Source: Tubiluchus corallicola
Taxonomy: Eukaryota > Animalia > Priapulida
Assembly (NCBI GenBank): GCA_030141605.1
Contig: JAQGDQ010002366.1
Coordinates: 504,660-568,659 of the forward strand
Direction of reading: 5' to 3'
Length of the DNA stretch: 64,000 nucleotides
Shown here one piece after another: positions 27,776 through 41,350 of this stretch. Numbering within the stretch: position 1 is the first letter of the stretch; every line of letters starts with the position of its first letter. The notes beneath the pieces were generated by a model. It worked only from the letters and a program-made list of their open reading frames with translations, made no database searches and had not been told where the DNA came from. Made by a program: the position numbers and the translations under genes.

Positions 27776-28074
27776 TTATAACTGTTTATTTTTTTTCGAA
27801 ACAATGAATATTTAACCTCTAATACTGTTTAAAGATGCATTAAACTTTTAAGAAAAATTTGACGACTTTTAAGTGCAAATGTTTGCATTTAATAGTTTCA
27901 TTAGCTTAGATAAGAAATATTTTTTGTCAAACGTACTCCAAAATGGTCAAACTCTTCATTTTAATAAAAAATGGAGGAATTGTAATTTATGCATTATCAT
28001 TAAATATTATTTCATTGTTTTATAATGTTTTTACCAATTGTAAAGGACTGCAAATCTGCATTTCAAGTTAAACA

Positions 28075-31000
28075 ATGGCTGATCCAAAGTATGCTGGTCT
28101 ACCTGGAATTGCTGTGGGAGAGCCAGATGTTTATGAGACCAGCGATTTGCCGGAAGATGATCAACACAAAACTCTTGATGATGTAGAAAGCGAGAGTGTT
28201 GACAAAATAAATGTCAGTGTCGGTGGTGCTTTTAAAGACTTTAAAGGAAAGTCAATAACTGACAGAGAAGTGGACTTTTCAGACAGCATCACAAAAGGCA
28301 GGAGACTGGGCTATTTCACGGATCGTACTGTATATGAGCTTGCAGGAGGCGTAAGTTAATAATTTTTTGAATATTATATTGTTTACACATAAGTTTATTT
28401 CATGATACATGGAAATGACAAGCAGTTTACTATAGTATAGTTAAATTAGCAGCATACATTACATTCTAAATAGTTTTTTAATCATTAGCATACAGTTTCC
28501 TGTCAACAATAGGTATATACTGTTAATATTATACATGTATAAAAGTGCTCCTGAGTTAAAGTAGGTTTTATTTCTTACATACTAACACATATCCAGCTCT
28601 GTTAGCCCCATGGCCAATTCTAGTCATTTGCACAATATTTACCATATTAACAAGACCTTCTTTTGTGATAATGGCTTGACTTGGGAGGAATGAAAAGCAC
28701 ATATCATAGTTTTATGAAAATGGAATTCTAGTGACTGTGACATGAACATAAGAACTCTTTTCATTGACCATATGTCACTGTAGCTGTTTGCCATGTTAGG
28801 GGTAATTTGTTTAAAAAAAACTAGACCTCTTTAGTAAAACTGGAATGATTAGAATTGTGCTAGTAGAATAATTATTATTTTCTGTCTAAAAAGGGGCAGA
28901 CAGATAGAACAATATCAAGTTTTCTGCCAATTTCGAGGACCTACCTACCTTGTGTGATAATGGCATTATCATATGACCTACCACCTACCTACCCCTTGTA
29001 TTGATATCAGTATCACACCAATGTAGCTTTTTTACATTTTAATCTTACTAAAGACAGACAACAACATCACTTGTGTTAATAAATGGGAAACCATTTACCA
29101 GTGGATTCTAATTTCATCGGTGGTCGCAGTCCCAATTCACTGAGCCAAGCAAGTGATGTCAGATAATGATATCATGACTAAATCACCTGCCTACCATACA
29201 TTATAATGGCATTAACACATCTCCTGCCACCACCTATACTAAACTTGATATCATTTTATGTGGATGGCCCCAAAATTTTGGATCTAAATTGGAGCCTTTG
29301 GAGCTCATTTGAAATGATTTATGAACAAAAATTACTCAGAACTAGTTTACATTGAGGCTAGTCTTTAAAGCCATCTCCTTATATTTTTGCTGCAAGAAAG
29401 ACTTCTTTAGCGATTTTTATTGAGAATTCTTACTTGTATTAGAAGACCACAAAATCTTCATGGTATTTTCCTTTATTTGTGCAACATTGTAGAATATACA
29501 GTTGAACTACAATAGTGCAAAACATTGACATGATAATTAACTCCCATATAGTGCAAAACATTGACAAATAACAAATCACAAATAGTTTGCAATTTTTACA
29601 AATTTTTCTTCCTAGGCCATTCAAGTGAAATGGTTATGAATATCACACTGTCTAATTACCACGAGATTTCAAGATTGAAAGAATTTTTATTTACTTAACA
29701 TCAGACACTGCTTATTGCATGTAATATGAAAAAATAAATGAATACATGTACTGTATTTGCATACACCGTAATCACGAATAATTGTTGCATTTCTTAGAAT
29801 AATCTTACATGATTTAATCACGCCGCACAGTCCTTTGAAATCATACTGTTTTTGCTGACCCTCTGAAGCCTTTATTCCTATTTTCCAGTAGCTATCAACA
29901 TGCTCCTTTGTTTTACAGGAGCATCATGAGAAGGAAACTCCACATCAGAAATATCAGCGCCTTCAGCATGAGATCAGAGAACTAATAGAAGAAGTGGGAA
30001 AAGTTCAAGGTTCCATAAAAGGTGATGCATCTGGTGACAACTCAAATCCAATCCTCATGGCCAAGCAGGTATTGAAAACACTAATAGCGAAATGCTTTAG
30101 TTAGGCATGTTTCAATTATTTTAACTCATTTGCAGGCGTAAGTTGATCTTTACTATTATTACAAACTTCTTTTAATTTACACAAATGTATAAAGAGGTGA
30201 CGTCAAGCAAAGTTAATCAGTATTACGAGCATACTTTGTGCACATACGCAAGTATTTCATTTAAGAAATATTATCAGTTAAATAAAGCAAAAAATATATA
30301 ATGATATGTTATGCAATTGGTAATAAAAATGTAACCGTAATAAAATGGCTACTGGACCTAATCATATATTATAAACATACCTTGTAACTGTATGGACCAG
30401 GCAATGCAATACTTCATCAAATGGAGGCCAGAAGTGGTGGTTTTGCATAAATATATATAGTGCTGACTTTTCTAGGTTGAGTACCTGAGACAGCAGGTGA
30501 GTGATGTACACTTGGAAAACATCATTGGAACACAAGCTGTTATTGACAGTTCCGACCCACAAGGAGCTCTACAGCGACGTTTGCTTACCCAGATCGAAGC
30601 TTTCAATCATTCCGTGTCTTCTAGTGAAAAATCAGCTAAATCAGCACCAGCTTCCAGTGATCATTTGACATATGAGCTGTGCTACAAACCAGAGCAGGCA
30701 AAGTTTAGTCAGATGGCAAAACTAGCTGATGTAGAAGAACGACTGGACAGAGTGTCAGCAGTTGTTGGCAGTGATCCAGAGAAATTTGCTGGTGTTTGCA
30801 CGGTATTATTATTTGTACTAATTGCAGGTGTACATTTTGGTGGGAGGTAACGTTCCAGGGAGAGTAGTTCAAATTTTTCAGTTAAAACTAAACCCTCACT
30901 ATATAATAAGCTTTTATAACTTCAAATATTACTCTCATTAAGATAATTCAATTTATTTTATTATAAACTTACTGTAAAACACGTTTCTTTTGATTTTTAT

Positions 31001-34000
31001 CACTTTGCTGCTAAATTTGAAGAGCTGCCATTTCTCGTTGCGCGACTGTACATATTGAATATAGTCACAAGGCCACCAAAGATTGGTAGGCAAACATCCG
31101 TAACCAAAGACGCTTTCTGTACCTCTCCCATTCTCGCTTACTCGCGCCAAAGACGCAAAACATAATGATCTTTACGGAATTGCATGTTCGAAATTCGCCA
31201 GAAAAAGGTAAGTTATTTAATTTATAAGTGTCTTTTGTTTAATAATGACTATAAATTATTTGTGTAATCATAATAATGTGTTAAAAACTTCAATGTCTGT
31301 TGGGTTTATATTCAGAATGTTATGCAATGATTTTGTTATATTTTTTTATAAATTTTCTTTTTTAAATGAACGACATTTTTTGAATATTTGTAGAAATTAT
31401 TACACTGTTTTTCGTGTGAAATAATTTAATAACATAAGTTGTATTGAATATTAGATTTTTTCAAGTGTATTATTTTATAGGATACTAGTGGCAAGAGTTT
31501 AGTAGAAGTTGCTGCATTATTGAATGCCAAGCTTAGTCTTCTAGATCCTGCACAGCTAGATCACATTGAAGGTCGTTTACATGCACTAAACCAAAAGCTT
31601 AATCAGATAGCAGAGAAGAAGAGTGTAATACAAGAAGCTGATTCTCTAAATAAGGTATAAGCGTACATTCATTTTTTTATGAATTACTTATGTAGAGTAT
31701 ATTCAAAATAAAATGTAATTCTTAATAGTTACACACATATGCTCAAATATTAATCATTGGTTCACTATGAAATTCTTTACACCAAAGAATCAACTATTTT
31801 TACACAAACTGATTTTTTGTTGCAGGTCTTATGATGGGAACTGTTGAGTTCTCGAAACATCATCATTTAATAATAGTAATTTTTTTAAATGTTATATTGT
31901 GCGATTCTGTGTAAAAATTGACAATAAAAATGACATTATGTCTAAGTTACTGTGTGCCTCAGTAACTACTAGACATTAACTAGAAATTTTAACAAATCCG
32001 AATGGTTCTTAGTTTTCTGGTTTTTTTTGGCATTCTGATTTATAGCCACCTCCATGTTGTTTTTCACTCTTTTTTGGAAATTTAGTCTATAATTTGCGTT
32101 CACTACAAGCCACACTCATGTTTTTCTTTATTAAATTTGAAATTTTTATTTTATAGTGGTAACTGTTTCGTTATTTATGTTTATTTATTTATGTTTCGCA
32201 TTGCTGCATTGTTAGTTTTACAGTTTGCTTAAAGAAATTGTAGAAAATATTTTAGAGTAATATTTTTTAAGTGAAAACTCCTTGTTCATTATTTGTCTCA
32301 AGGTGTCAGAGTTGTATGAATTAATGAAGAAGTGGGAACACACAACAGCTAGTCTTCCTGAGATTGTTGAAAGAATGGTTGCTTTGAAGGAACTTCATGA
32401 ACAGGCATTACAGTTCAGTCAAGCACTTTCATATTTAGATACTGTAAGTTTCTTCCTTAAGCAGTACTTGTTATACGACTTTTGTTAACCACAGTGCACA
32501 CATAAACTGTTTACATTGCACACATAAACACTTGTTATAAGTTTGTGAGCAACCAGCATCTCTTAGCTCATTTGCTGCTGTTAACTTTTTACTAATTAGC
32601 TTACTTTTGTACAGTTTTAGCTGGCAACTATAATTTAGTAGTCTTGCCTGCAGGTGTAAAACTATCATTTTTTACAAATTTTTATTTCTGCTGACTGAAT
32701 TCATTCAACATTAAAGTATTTGGGTAATTTCTTTTTTAAGGGTAAGATATGACTTGTCTTATTAATTTTCTCAATGTTACATTAATGTTTCCTCACTGAT
32801 ACTACCAATTAAGAAAAGAAAATAATACACTGTTTAGTGTAAATAGTCTGTATTAGACTAATTTACCACACAGACTAATTTCATAGAATTTTTTCATTCC
32901 AATATTACAATAAGAAATTCCCAAATTTCGGAACTAGAGTCTAGAAGTTTCTTTATCAACCAGTTTATAGAAAGATAGGTAAAATCTTTATTAACCAACA
33001 TTAGGACAATACATGCACAGGGGTGCAATGTCTGTATTTGTATGTTGCATCCATGAATGGAAGCAGCTTGCCACAGTCACTCACAATTCTGACTGGACTC
33101 ATAGTTGGCAATAGCACCAGACTATTCTAGTAGAATTAATGTAATCAAAGCATTTCATTTGAACTCTTTTTGGTAATTTGCTATGATTTCCTGCAACACC
33201 AGCCAGGCCAGTGCATATCATTGCCAAAAATTATGCTGTATTCGTCTTGCTGAGCATTAACTGCACATAAAGGGTTTTCAGGGCTCGATTTTGGGGCCTC
33301 TTTTGTTTCTTGTTTATATAAATGACATTGCTCATAATATACAGTGTGACATAAGTCTTTTTGCTGAGAATACTTCCATAATGGATGCAGTCGCAGACCC
33401 AGTAGATTCCGCATTGCATCTAAGTTCCGACCTAGAGACCTTGCAGCACTGGGCTGATAGATGGTGTGTTACCTTTATTCCACAGAAAACCGAAGTAATG
33501 CGCTTCTCTCGTAAAATCCAGCAACGTCATCATATGCCACTTTATCTCAATAATATAGCTTTAAAACATGTTAATTCTGATAAGCACCTGGGGATATATT
33601 TTACATGTGATCTAAAATGGGAACAACATGTAAACGAGATCATCGCAACAGTTCAGCCAAAACTAGGAAACTTGCGAGGTCTAGCCATTATACTGCTGCT
33701 TTCAACTTGTGAATTCTTGTTCAAAACTGTTATTTTACCCACTTTGGAATGCGGTAATATCGTATGGTCTGGACTCGGTCGTAATGTTGAATCTCTGTTT
33801 GATAATATTCAGCTGAATGCTGCGCGCATATGTACCGGTGCTGTGTCAGGTTCCAATCATTCAGATCTTTCGTTCGAAGCAGGACTGGACCCCTTTTCTA
33901 AGCGTTTCCAATATTTCCGTTTATGTGCCTTTTATAAAATCGTGAATCACTTAGCTTCCCACTACCTTTTGCCTCCTCGTGTAAGGGATATTACAATGTA

Positions 34001-35452
34001 TCCAGTCCTTAATAATGAAAACTTTTCTAATTACACTTGCCACTCAACTGCTTTTGATATTTCTTTTTTTCTTGCCTCAGTTAAGTGCTGGAATAGTTTA
34101 CCTCTTGATATCTGTAACTCTAACTCTTTAAACATCTTTAAATCTCGACTCGAATCAAGAATCACATGTGTTTTAATAAGCGGCCTACTTACTTTTCTAG
34201 TGGTACTAGAAATTCATCTCTACACCATACTAGAATGAGAGTTGGTTTTTGCCAATTTAATTATGATTTATACTTCAAAAAATGCAAAAATTTTGATGGG
34301 TCGCTAGTTTCACCCAACTGTCAATGTGGTTCTACTTATGAAACAGTCGTTCATTACTTAATTAGCTGCCCTCTTTACCATCAGGCGAGACACGACTTAT
34401 TTACAAATCTCTGCACTCTTTTGTCAACTTTTAACATCAATGTTTACAGTCTTGCATCAAATGAACTTATACGTTTGTTCCTGCACAGGAACTATACCCT
34501 CGATAATTCTGTGAACACAAATTTTTGTTTTAGTGCAGTCTTTTATTTCAAACACCAAGCACTTTAAATAGTATTAAGTTTTTTACTCTTGTTACATATT
34601 AATGCTTATATTTATTGTAACATTTTTTGTACATTGTGGTCACCATTGTTCTGCATCTATCTAGCTTTTTGCTCCCACTAGGGGAGAACATATATCAGTT
34701 GTAAAACTGTCTGCGTCAAATCTAGATGTTACACCTTCAATAAATTATGTTTAAACCAAAGGGTTAGATGCCAGAATGCACATTGCATAATCCTTTGTTT
34801 CATGTGTTCAAAGCCTGTTCTACGCAGTCAACACAGATTATTTTCGAAACACAGACTAATTAAATACTGGAAAAAGAGACAAAAGGTGCACTTTAAAATT
34901 AGTCTGTGTGAGACTGTTTTTCCACATAGACTAATTATACCAAACAGTGTAGCTATTTTTCTGGTATATCCATTGAGTTGTATTTTAAGCCTCTGTAACT
35001 AAATTATTTTGTGACATTTCACATTAACATAATTTAGAATCTGTGAAAATTGAACATGTAAAAATATAAATTTTTATTTGGAATATCCAAGTAATTTTAC
35101 AATAAAATGAAATAAACTTAAAGACATTGAAGATTAAAATGATCATTTTGAGTTCCATTTTCCACTTTAAACTTAACTTTAGTGATTTATGTAAGAAAAA
35201 GAGAAAATATTTTCATGGAATAGCGTAATTTTGCATGTGTGTTGCCAGTAACACAATAGCCATTATTATTTCACTTGCCTTGCCAAAAATTAATTGATGA
35301 ACACATTTCAGGCTCAACAGCAGTTGATCAGCAGTATGAAAACCAATGAATCTCTACTGAAGCAAGCTGAAGCTACATTTACACAAAATCTAGCAGCAAT
35401 CAGGGCAAATTGTGAAAGTGTTGATTCCCGACTCAAGGTTCTCAACAAGTAG
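28075..35452 (+). CDS. DCTN2: Dynactin subunit 2 (dynamitin/p50), 402 aa; exons 28075-28350, 29919-30068, 30476-30802, 31481-31654, 32303-32443, 35312-35452
   Basis: Diagnostic MADPKYAGLPGIA..DVYETSDLPEDDQ, KETPHQKYQRLQHE, YKPEQAKFSQMAKLA, KLSLLDPAQLDHIEGRL and LKELHEQALQFSQAL. All introns are GT-AG, phase 0, and the length is close to that of human DCTN2. Confidence 0.96.
28892..29271. mobile_element. Degenerate PIF/Harbinger-like MITE in the first coding intron of DCTN2
   Basis: Imperfect TIRs GGGGCAGACAGATAGAACAATATCAAG vs the reverse complement GGGGCCATCCACATAAAATGATATCAAG, with internal CCTACCTACC repeats. Confidence 0.4.
32828..34949. mobile_element. CACTG-ended non-autonomous DNA transposon (CACTA/EnSpm-like) carrying a nested LINE
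   Basis: TIR CACTGTTTAGTGTAAATAGTCT vs the reverse complement CACTGTTTGGTATAATTAGTCT, TA on both flanks, and subterminal AGACTAATT repeats. Confidence 0.7.
33277..34757 (+). mobile_element. 5'-truncated CR1-group LINE (RT C-half plus CCHC zinc knuckle)
   Basis: QGSILGPLLFLVYIND, FAEN (decayed FADD), KHLGI, CQCG..ETVVHYLISCPLY, 3' AATAAA. 8-bp TSD AAAGGGTT at 33269-33276 and 34758-34765. Confidence 0.9.
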
Positions 35453-36190
35453 TCATCCAGGGGAAAAGTTTCGTATAAGGACAATGGTTTTTTCAAATGT
35501 TGAAGATATTGTTGAGGTTCTGAAAATGGAAGTTTGTTGTATTTGTGCTGGTAACGGGTAGCTAGAGCAGAGCATGAATGAACAGAAGTATTTGTTTATA
35601 AACTGCGGTCGCTTTTCAGCTAAATGGTGAATTTGTAAACATGGTGATATTGTAATGGTATTAATTGTATCTTTTTTTGGCAATATTAATAAATAATGTG
35701 TTCTTGGTGGTGATGGAAAGTATAATTATTGCTTGTTGTTTGATGGCTTGCAATTATTAACGGTTTGCTTCTAGTACCATTGTGCTACGATTTTTTTCTT
35801 TCAACAGATGTGAAACTTTATATGCAAACTAAAGCAAAAACAGTTCAAAAAGCCTGTTGCTTGTCCTTTGGAAGGATATTACTTGCTCGTTGCCAGATAA
35901 GTACTGTGGTGTTCTGTGTAGTCTTGATGTTGAACTGTACTAATTTTTGTGTTACTTTATTACTAAGTTATTTTATTAATTTAATGGTGTACATAATGCA
36001 TACAAAGACTGGAAAAGCTGAATATTACATCAAGAAAAGTAATTCTAAGAGGAGAGTGCCACTAAAAAATGGTAATTTCTGTAAGTCCAGTTATTGCAGG
36101 ATAGCAGGCTTTAGTAAGGAGAGTGTCTCTATAAGGCTTGTGTCAAACAGAGCTGAAAATAATCCGTAAGGCATAAGCCATGAGGAGAAA

Positions 36191-36304
36191 AAGTCTGCCT
36201 CATGAAAAATGAACATGTGAAAACCAATGGTCCCTTTCACACAGGTAAGTCTGCCTCATGAAAAATGAACATATGAAAACCAATGGTCCTTGTAACGCAG
36301 GTAA
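36191..36304 (+). repeat. 56-bp imperfect tandem duplication downstream of the DCTN2 stop
   Basis: AAGTCTGCCTCATGAAAAATGAACAT(G/A)TGAAAACCAATGGTCC at 36191 and 36247. Confidence 0.8.
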
Positions 36305-37749
36305 TCCCATTTCTCGTCTTTAGGGTACCACAGTTTTGCTACCGTTTTGCATTTGACATAATCTGCGGTATGGCCCTTGCAAGCCGTTTTGAGCAGATCA
36401 TAAGCCACCTTGTAGCAAAATGAATTTTGCCATTAATTTCATTTGCTATAAGGCATTTTTGGTTAGTGCTAACATGATAATGAGCATACTTCTGGTTTTT
36501 ACTGTGCATAATGCAGTTATATTGTAACAGATGATTCATTCTTGACAGAATGATCTTATAAACAATAAAAACCAATTTTTTAAATGTGACATTGTACTAA
36601 AAAATCAATTAGATAGGCGCCGATTATCGTAATTTGTATAATGAAACATTTTTTAAGGAAACCTGTATTCTGTAATGAGCAAAATTACTTAAACATACAT
36701 GAATAAAATTTGCATATAATACAAATATTTGGCAACCCAGCCATTCTGTACTGTTCTGTGTTTGGTTTCAGTCAACTATAATAAGGTACTAATGGATATC
36801 GTAACAAATTTTATTAGGGTACTGGATGGCTTTGTTCAAGTCTTATGCAGTGAATTAGCCCAGTCATCTTTTTCATTGAAAATGAAATAATTTGTTTAAC
36901 TAAATTAACAGTTTTTCTTCCACTATTACTTGTCCAACCTGGTGCTATGTGATCCTTCTGCCAGTGCCAAAAGCTCGTAAAATAAGTAGAGGAACATTCT
37001 GCTGTGGTTGAATGTTTTTCATTATCTCTTGTTTTTTTGCAATATTATGAAATACGATCTACCTTCACATTGTCTGTTGCATTAAATGGGTCTAGCCCAC
37101 ATTGTTTGTTTCTGCTTAATTTTTTAATATGTCGTATTATGTAAAAAAAGCAACCGAATCCAGAGGATTTTGAATCAGGTAAACTAATAAATTAGGGTGA
37201 TAAATTACTGATTCACACATCCAGCCAAAAATGGCTTATGGCAAAACGCTTTGCTAGTTACACAGCACATACGGCGGATTATGGAAGTTGGAAGATGCCT
37301 TATGACTTACGGATTATGGATTATGGCTTGCTCCTTAAGCCTTTCTCTATGTGTCAAAGGTCTAAAATTGTAATTTCGGTATGTCAAGTTATTGCAAGAT
37401 AGCAGCTTTTAGTGACAGTAATTTCATGTCATAAATGTACATGCTTCTGCTAAATTGTTCTTTTTGCTTTTCTCAAGTAGTATTTCTACCTATCTGCAGA
37501 TGAATTTTTACCTGTTTTTTTCATAATCGTCTTACAAGCATGCCTTTAAATTTGACGAAGAATAAAAAATAGTATTGTGAAATGTACAACATTTGTAGTC
37601 TTTATTGTGCCAATATTTACAATTGCTTGTAACTAAAATCGTAATGTGGTACAACTTTACAAAGTTTTCGATCAGTAATTAAACAATGATGTAGTCAAGT
37701 CCTCATTTTAAATTTCCTATCGTCGAGATATTTAGCTTTGCTAACTCTA

Positions 37750-39438
37750 AAATAACCCATTGCTGCAACATGGCTTAAGTGTTGTACTTAATAGGATTAA
37801 TTTTGTGCATTATCATCGAGTTCACTGGATTATCATCAGGTAGTCTAAGCATATGCCCAATCCATCATCTTAAACAGTGTCTTTTTATTTTTTTTCTTGT
37901 CCAAGGTTCTTCTTTTATTTTTTCATACAGATCTTTATTTGAGATTTTCTTTGGCCATCTGATACCCAAAATGTTTCTGTAATTTCGCCTTTGAAACGCA
38001 TCGATTTTAGCTTATGATTTTAATGTCTAGAGCTCAGAGTTGTACAACAACACAGTTTCAACTAAGGCTGACAATATTCTAATTTTTGTTTCCAAAGAAA
38101 TCTTCTTATTCTCAAAAACTATTGTGAGTTTTGAATGTGCTAATAATGGCATAATTTTGCGTCTTGATATGTCGCCTTCTGTTGCTATGAGACTAGAGAG
38201 ATACTTGCATTTTTTCCGCAATTCATCACCATGACGTGTTATGTGAAACTCTTCAGTTTTATTTTTGTTTACTACATCATCCCTTTTCAGTTTTTCTTCT
38301 CTTTAGTTTTTTATTTCGTATAATTCTTCTTTGTTTCTTGTAATCTGTGCTACATCATCAACATACTGCATAGGGATAGTAGTTGACATACTTTGTGGAG
38401 ACGAGTAACTGTGTTCTTGTCTTACTTCATTTATTATTAATTCAGGCCCATGAATTGTGTAGTTGTGATCTTCTAGGTCTTTCAATGGTATAACTTTGTC
38501 CTTAGTGAGACCTAATGCAAGATGTAAAGTAAAAGGAACAGGGCTTAAGCAGTCACTCTGAGGTACTTCTTTGTTTGTAGAAAATGGCTGACTTAACTCT
38601 CCCTTCACACCTGACTTGAATTAATAGATTTTCCAACATTATATTTATGATGTCTATTTCATCAGTCTCAAAGATTTCTTCTAGACAGCAAAGCAGAGTT
38701 TTTCTCCGAACACAATCAAAGGCCTTTGACATATCGATCATGAGGATATATATTGAGTAATCAGCAGAAGAGATGCCTTTTTCGGCTGTTAATTGGCAGG
38801 CTTGTACTAATTCAGTTCCGTCCTGGTTGATATGCTGCTTGGCTTGTTGGATGTAAGTGTGTAACCTATCATAGAGCCTAGTCAATATACAGATAGCCAA
38901 ACTTTTCCTTATGAGTGTAAGTAAAAAGAAAAAGGTCTAAGATTCCTGTAGGACCTTTTTCTTATCTCTCTTGAGTAACGGGATAAGTATTCCTTTATGA
39001 ATGTCTTGCGGAAATGTGCGTGTTTCTGAAATATCGTGCTGAATGTCAGCGATTTCTGAATATAAATCTGATCCATACTTGACCAACTTAGCATTTAATT
39101 GATCAATGCCCGGGCCTTTGTTGTTTTTCAATGATTTTGCTGCGTGCTTTACTCCCTTAGTAAATGGAACTTTCACTGGGTCCTTTTAATACCAGCTGCA
39201 TTTTCATCGTTCAACATCTTTTGAACAAATTCTTGTAGGGCTTCAATTTCCTGTTTAGCATTAGTAATTAAATCATCACTTCTTTCTACAATCAGTTTTT
39301 TCTTTAGTTGAAAGTTCTGCAAAGTCCTTATTGATTAAAAATGCCCAGAAGCATTTTTGTTTGCTCAGTATCTTCTGCGATACCACCAATCACCTTTTTT
39401 CCTCTATTTGTTTTAGCTTTTCATGAATTTGTTTTAGA

Positions 39439-39500
<62 letters not shown>

Positions 39501-41350
39501 ATAATAACTATATAATATATATAAAGATATAATAATATTTATTTGCCATAAAAAATCGATATTCATAACTATAAAAGCATAAAAGAAGAACATCGCAGCA
39601 TGAGAATAAAATTCACACAACTGTTAAAGGCAAATGCATCCTGTGCAAACTAAAAACTACTGTGACAAAAATTTAGAACAAAATATACATTGTAATGTTA
39701 CACGCAAGTTATATACAATATATGCATACAATTTAAAATGGACGTGGGTAAATAAAATTTGCGGATGAATATATATTATCGTTTACGTATGTAGGGTTTT
39801 CAAAACGATTTAATGTATGTATTTTTAATTTTGATTTGAATTAGTCGAAAGACTTGATTTGTTTTAAACTTGATGGCAGGGTATTCCAAAGTTGAACTCC
39901 TTGTTTAGTGATAGAATTATTGCCGTATTTGTTATTAGTGCGTATTTGTTTAATATTGTGTGTTCTTGGATTTAATGTTGGCTCCAAGAGGAGTGGAAGC
40001 TTATTTTTGATGAAGGGCTAATTTTTGCTAATATTGTTGATGTATTTATATAAAAACAGGATTGTGTAGAAGTCTTTATGTGCTTGTAAAACTGGGATTT
40101 TAAACATTGTTCTTAATTCTGTTGCAGAGGTTTGATTTGTTATGAGAGACGTTTTATTTGAATAACCAGCGACTAATCGTAATGCATAATTTTGAAGACT
40201 ATTTAGTTTGTTATAGCTGTCTCTTGAAACTTCATGAAAAAGTGTGCATCCGTATAAAAAGTGCGGTAGAATGAGTTTTAAAAATTAATAACTTTGCGTT
40301 TCTCCTTAAGATAATTAATTTCTGCTAAATTTTTACATTGGTGAATTTTATCTTTCTAAGCTTGCAGACAAAGTTTCTATCTCATCATTTTAAATTTTTT
40401 TCTATCACTAAATTTCACATGCCCTAGTATTTCTGCTGCCGAATTTTTTATGTGACCGTTGACTTTATATGACTGCAAATCTGTGTGTTCAGATATCTCA
40501 CCAGGTGGAGATTTATTAATATTAGTAAATATTTTGTTCTTTGTTTTTCTGCAGTATCTTTACCCATTTGACTGAAATCTTGGTCATAACCAAAAGTGAT
40601 CGGTGTCTATGTTTAAACTAGCATACGACCTGGAATTTCTTATTAGTGGCATGTGCATTTTCCTTACCATCTGTTTGATTATTTATAGGATTTCCTCTGG
40701 GTTCTCCATTCCATGACTTCTTTTTTTCTGTGTTGTTTGCCCGGTAGTGACATGAGCGGAATACAGTGTTAGTGACGACCGGATTTTTAGCTACAACAGT
40801 TACCGCTAATCGTAATCCATTTGAATTTGAAATTCCCTTTCCATATTTACCTAGATACTGTAGTAATGAATTATGCAGTGATCCAATCTTGGCATTGAAA
40901 TCTCCACAAACGATTAGCAAATGACTTTTGGGTACTGAACTAATAAAGTTATCCAAATCATCATAGAAAACATCTCTTAACTTGGGATCCTTTTCACTTT
41001 TTGCTAACATGGGTGCATAACCATTTACCGTAGTGATTTGCTTGTTTTTTTTGTACAAGTTTTGAGCGCATTAGTATATAATTCTTGAATTTATAATAGT
41101 ATTTGTGCAATTAAAATCCACTGAATAAACAAAACCCACCCCAGGATATGCGCTTGTGACATCTCCATGCAAAAGTACTTTAAATGTGCTTGTTATTTAG
41201 AGAATAATTCTCTGCTGATTTCACATGCGTTTCTTGTAGTGCCAAAAATGTCAACCCATATTTGTCTAGATCTTTCAAAAGATTTTTTTCTTTCAATTTT
41301 GTTCTGAAGCCTTGAACATTAAGTGTTCCAGCTCTTATTATATCAGCATA
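37750..41350 (-). mobile_element. Near full-length decayed RTE-clade LINE (APE plus RT)
   Basis: APE motifs TLNVQG, ALQET, NGYAP, VCGDFNAKIG. RT motifs KGPGIDQL, IDMSKAFDCV, VPQSDCLSP, QYVDDV, KYLSS. Many frameshifts. Confidence 0.88.
39445..40293 (-). mobile_element. L2/Crack-like LINE 3' fragment nested in the RTE element, with an (AT)n tail
   Basis: LILPHFLYGC..LNSLQNYALRLV and QGVQLWNTLP motifs. The RTE reading frame (..YLKEKR / EILKQIHEKLKQ..) resumes on both sides. Confidence 0.7.
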
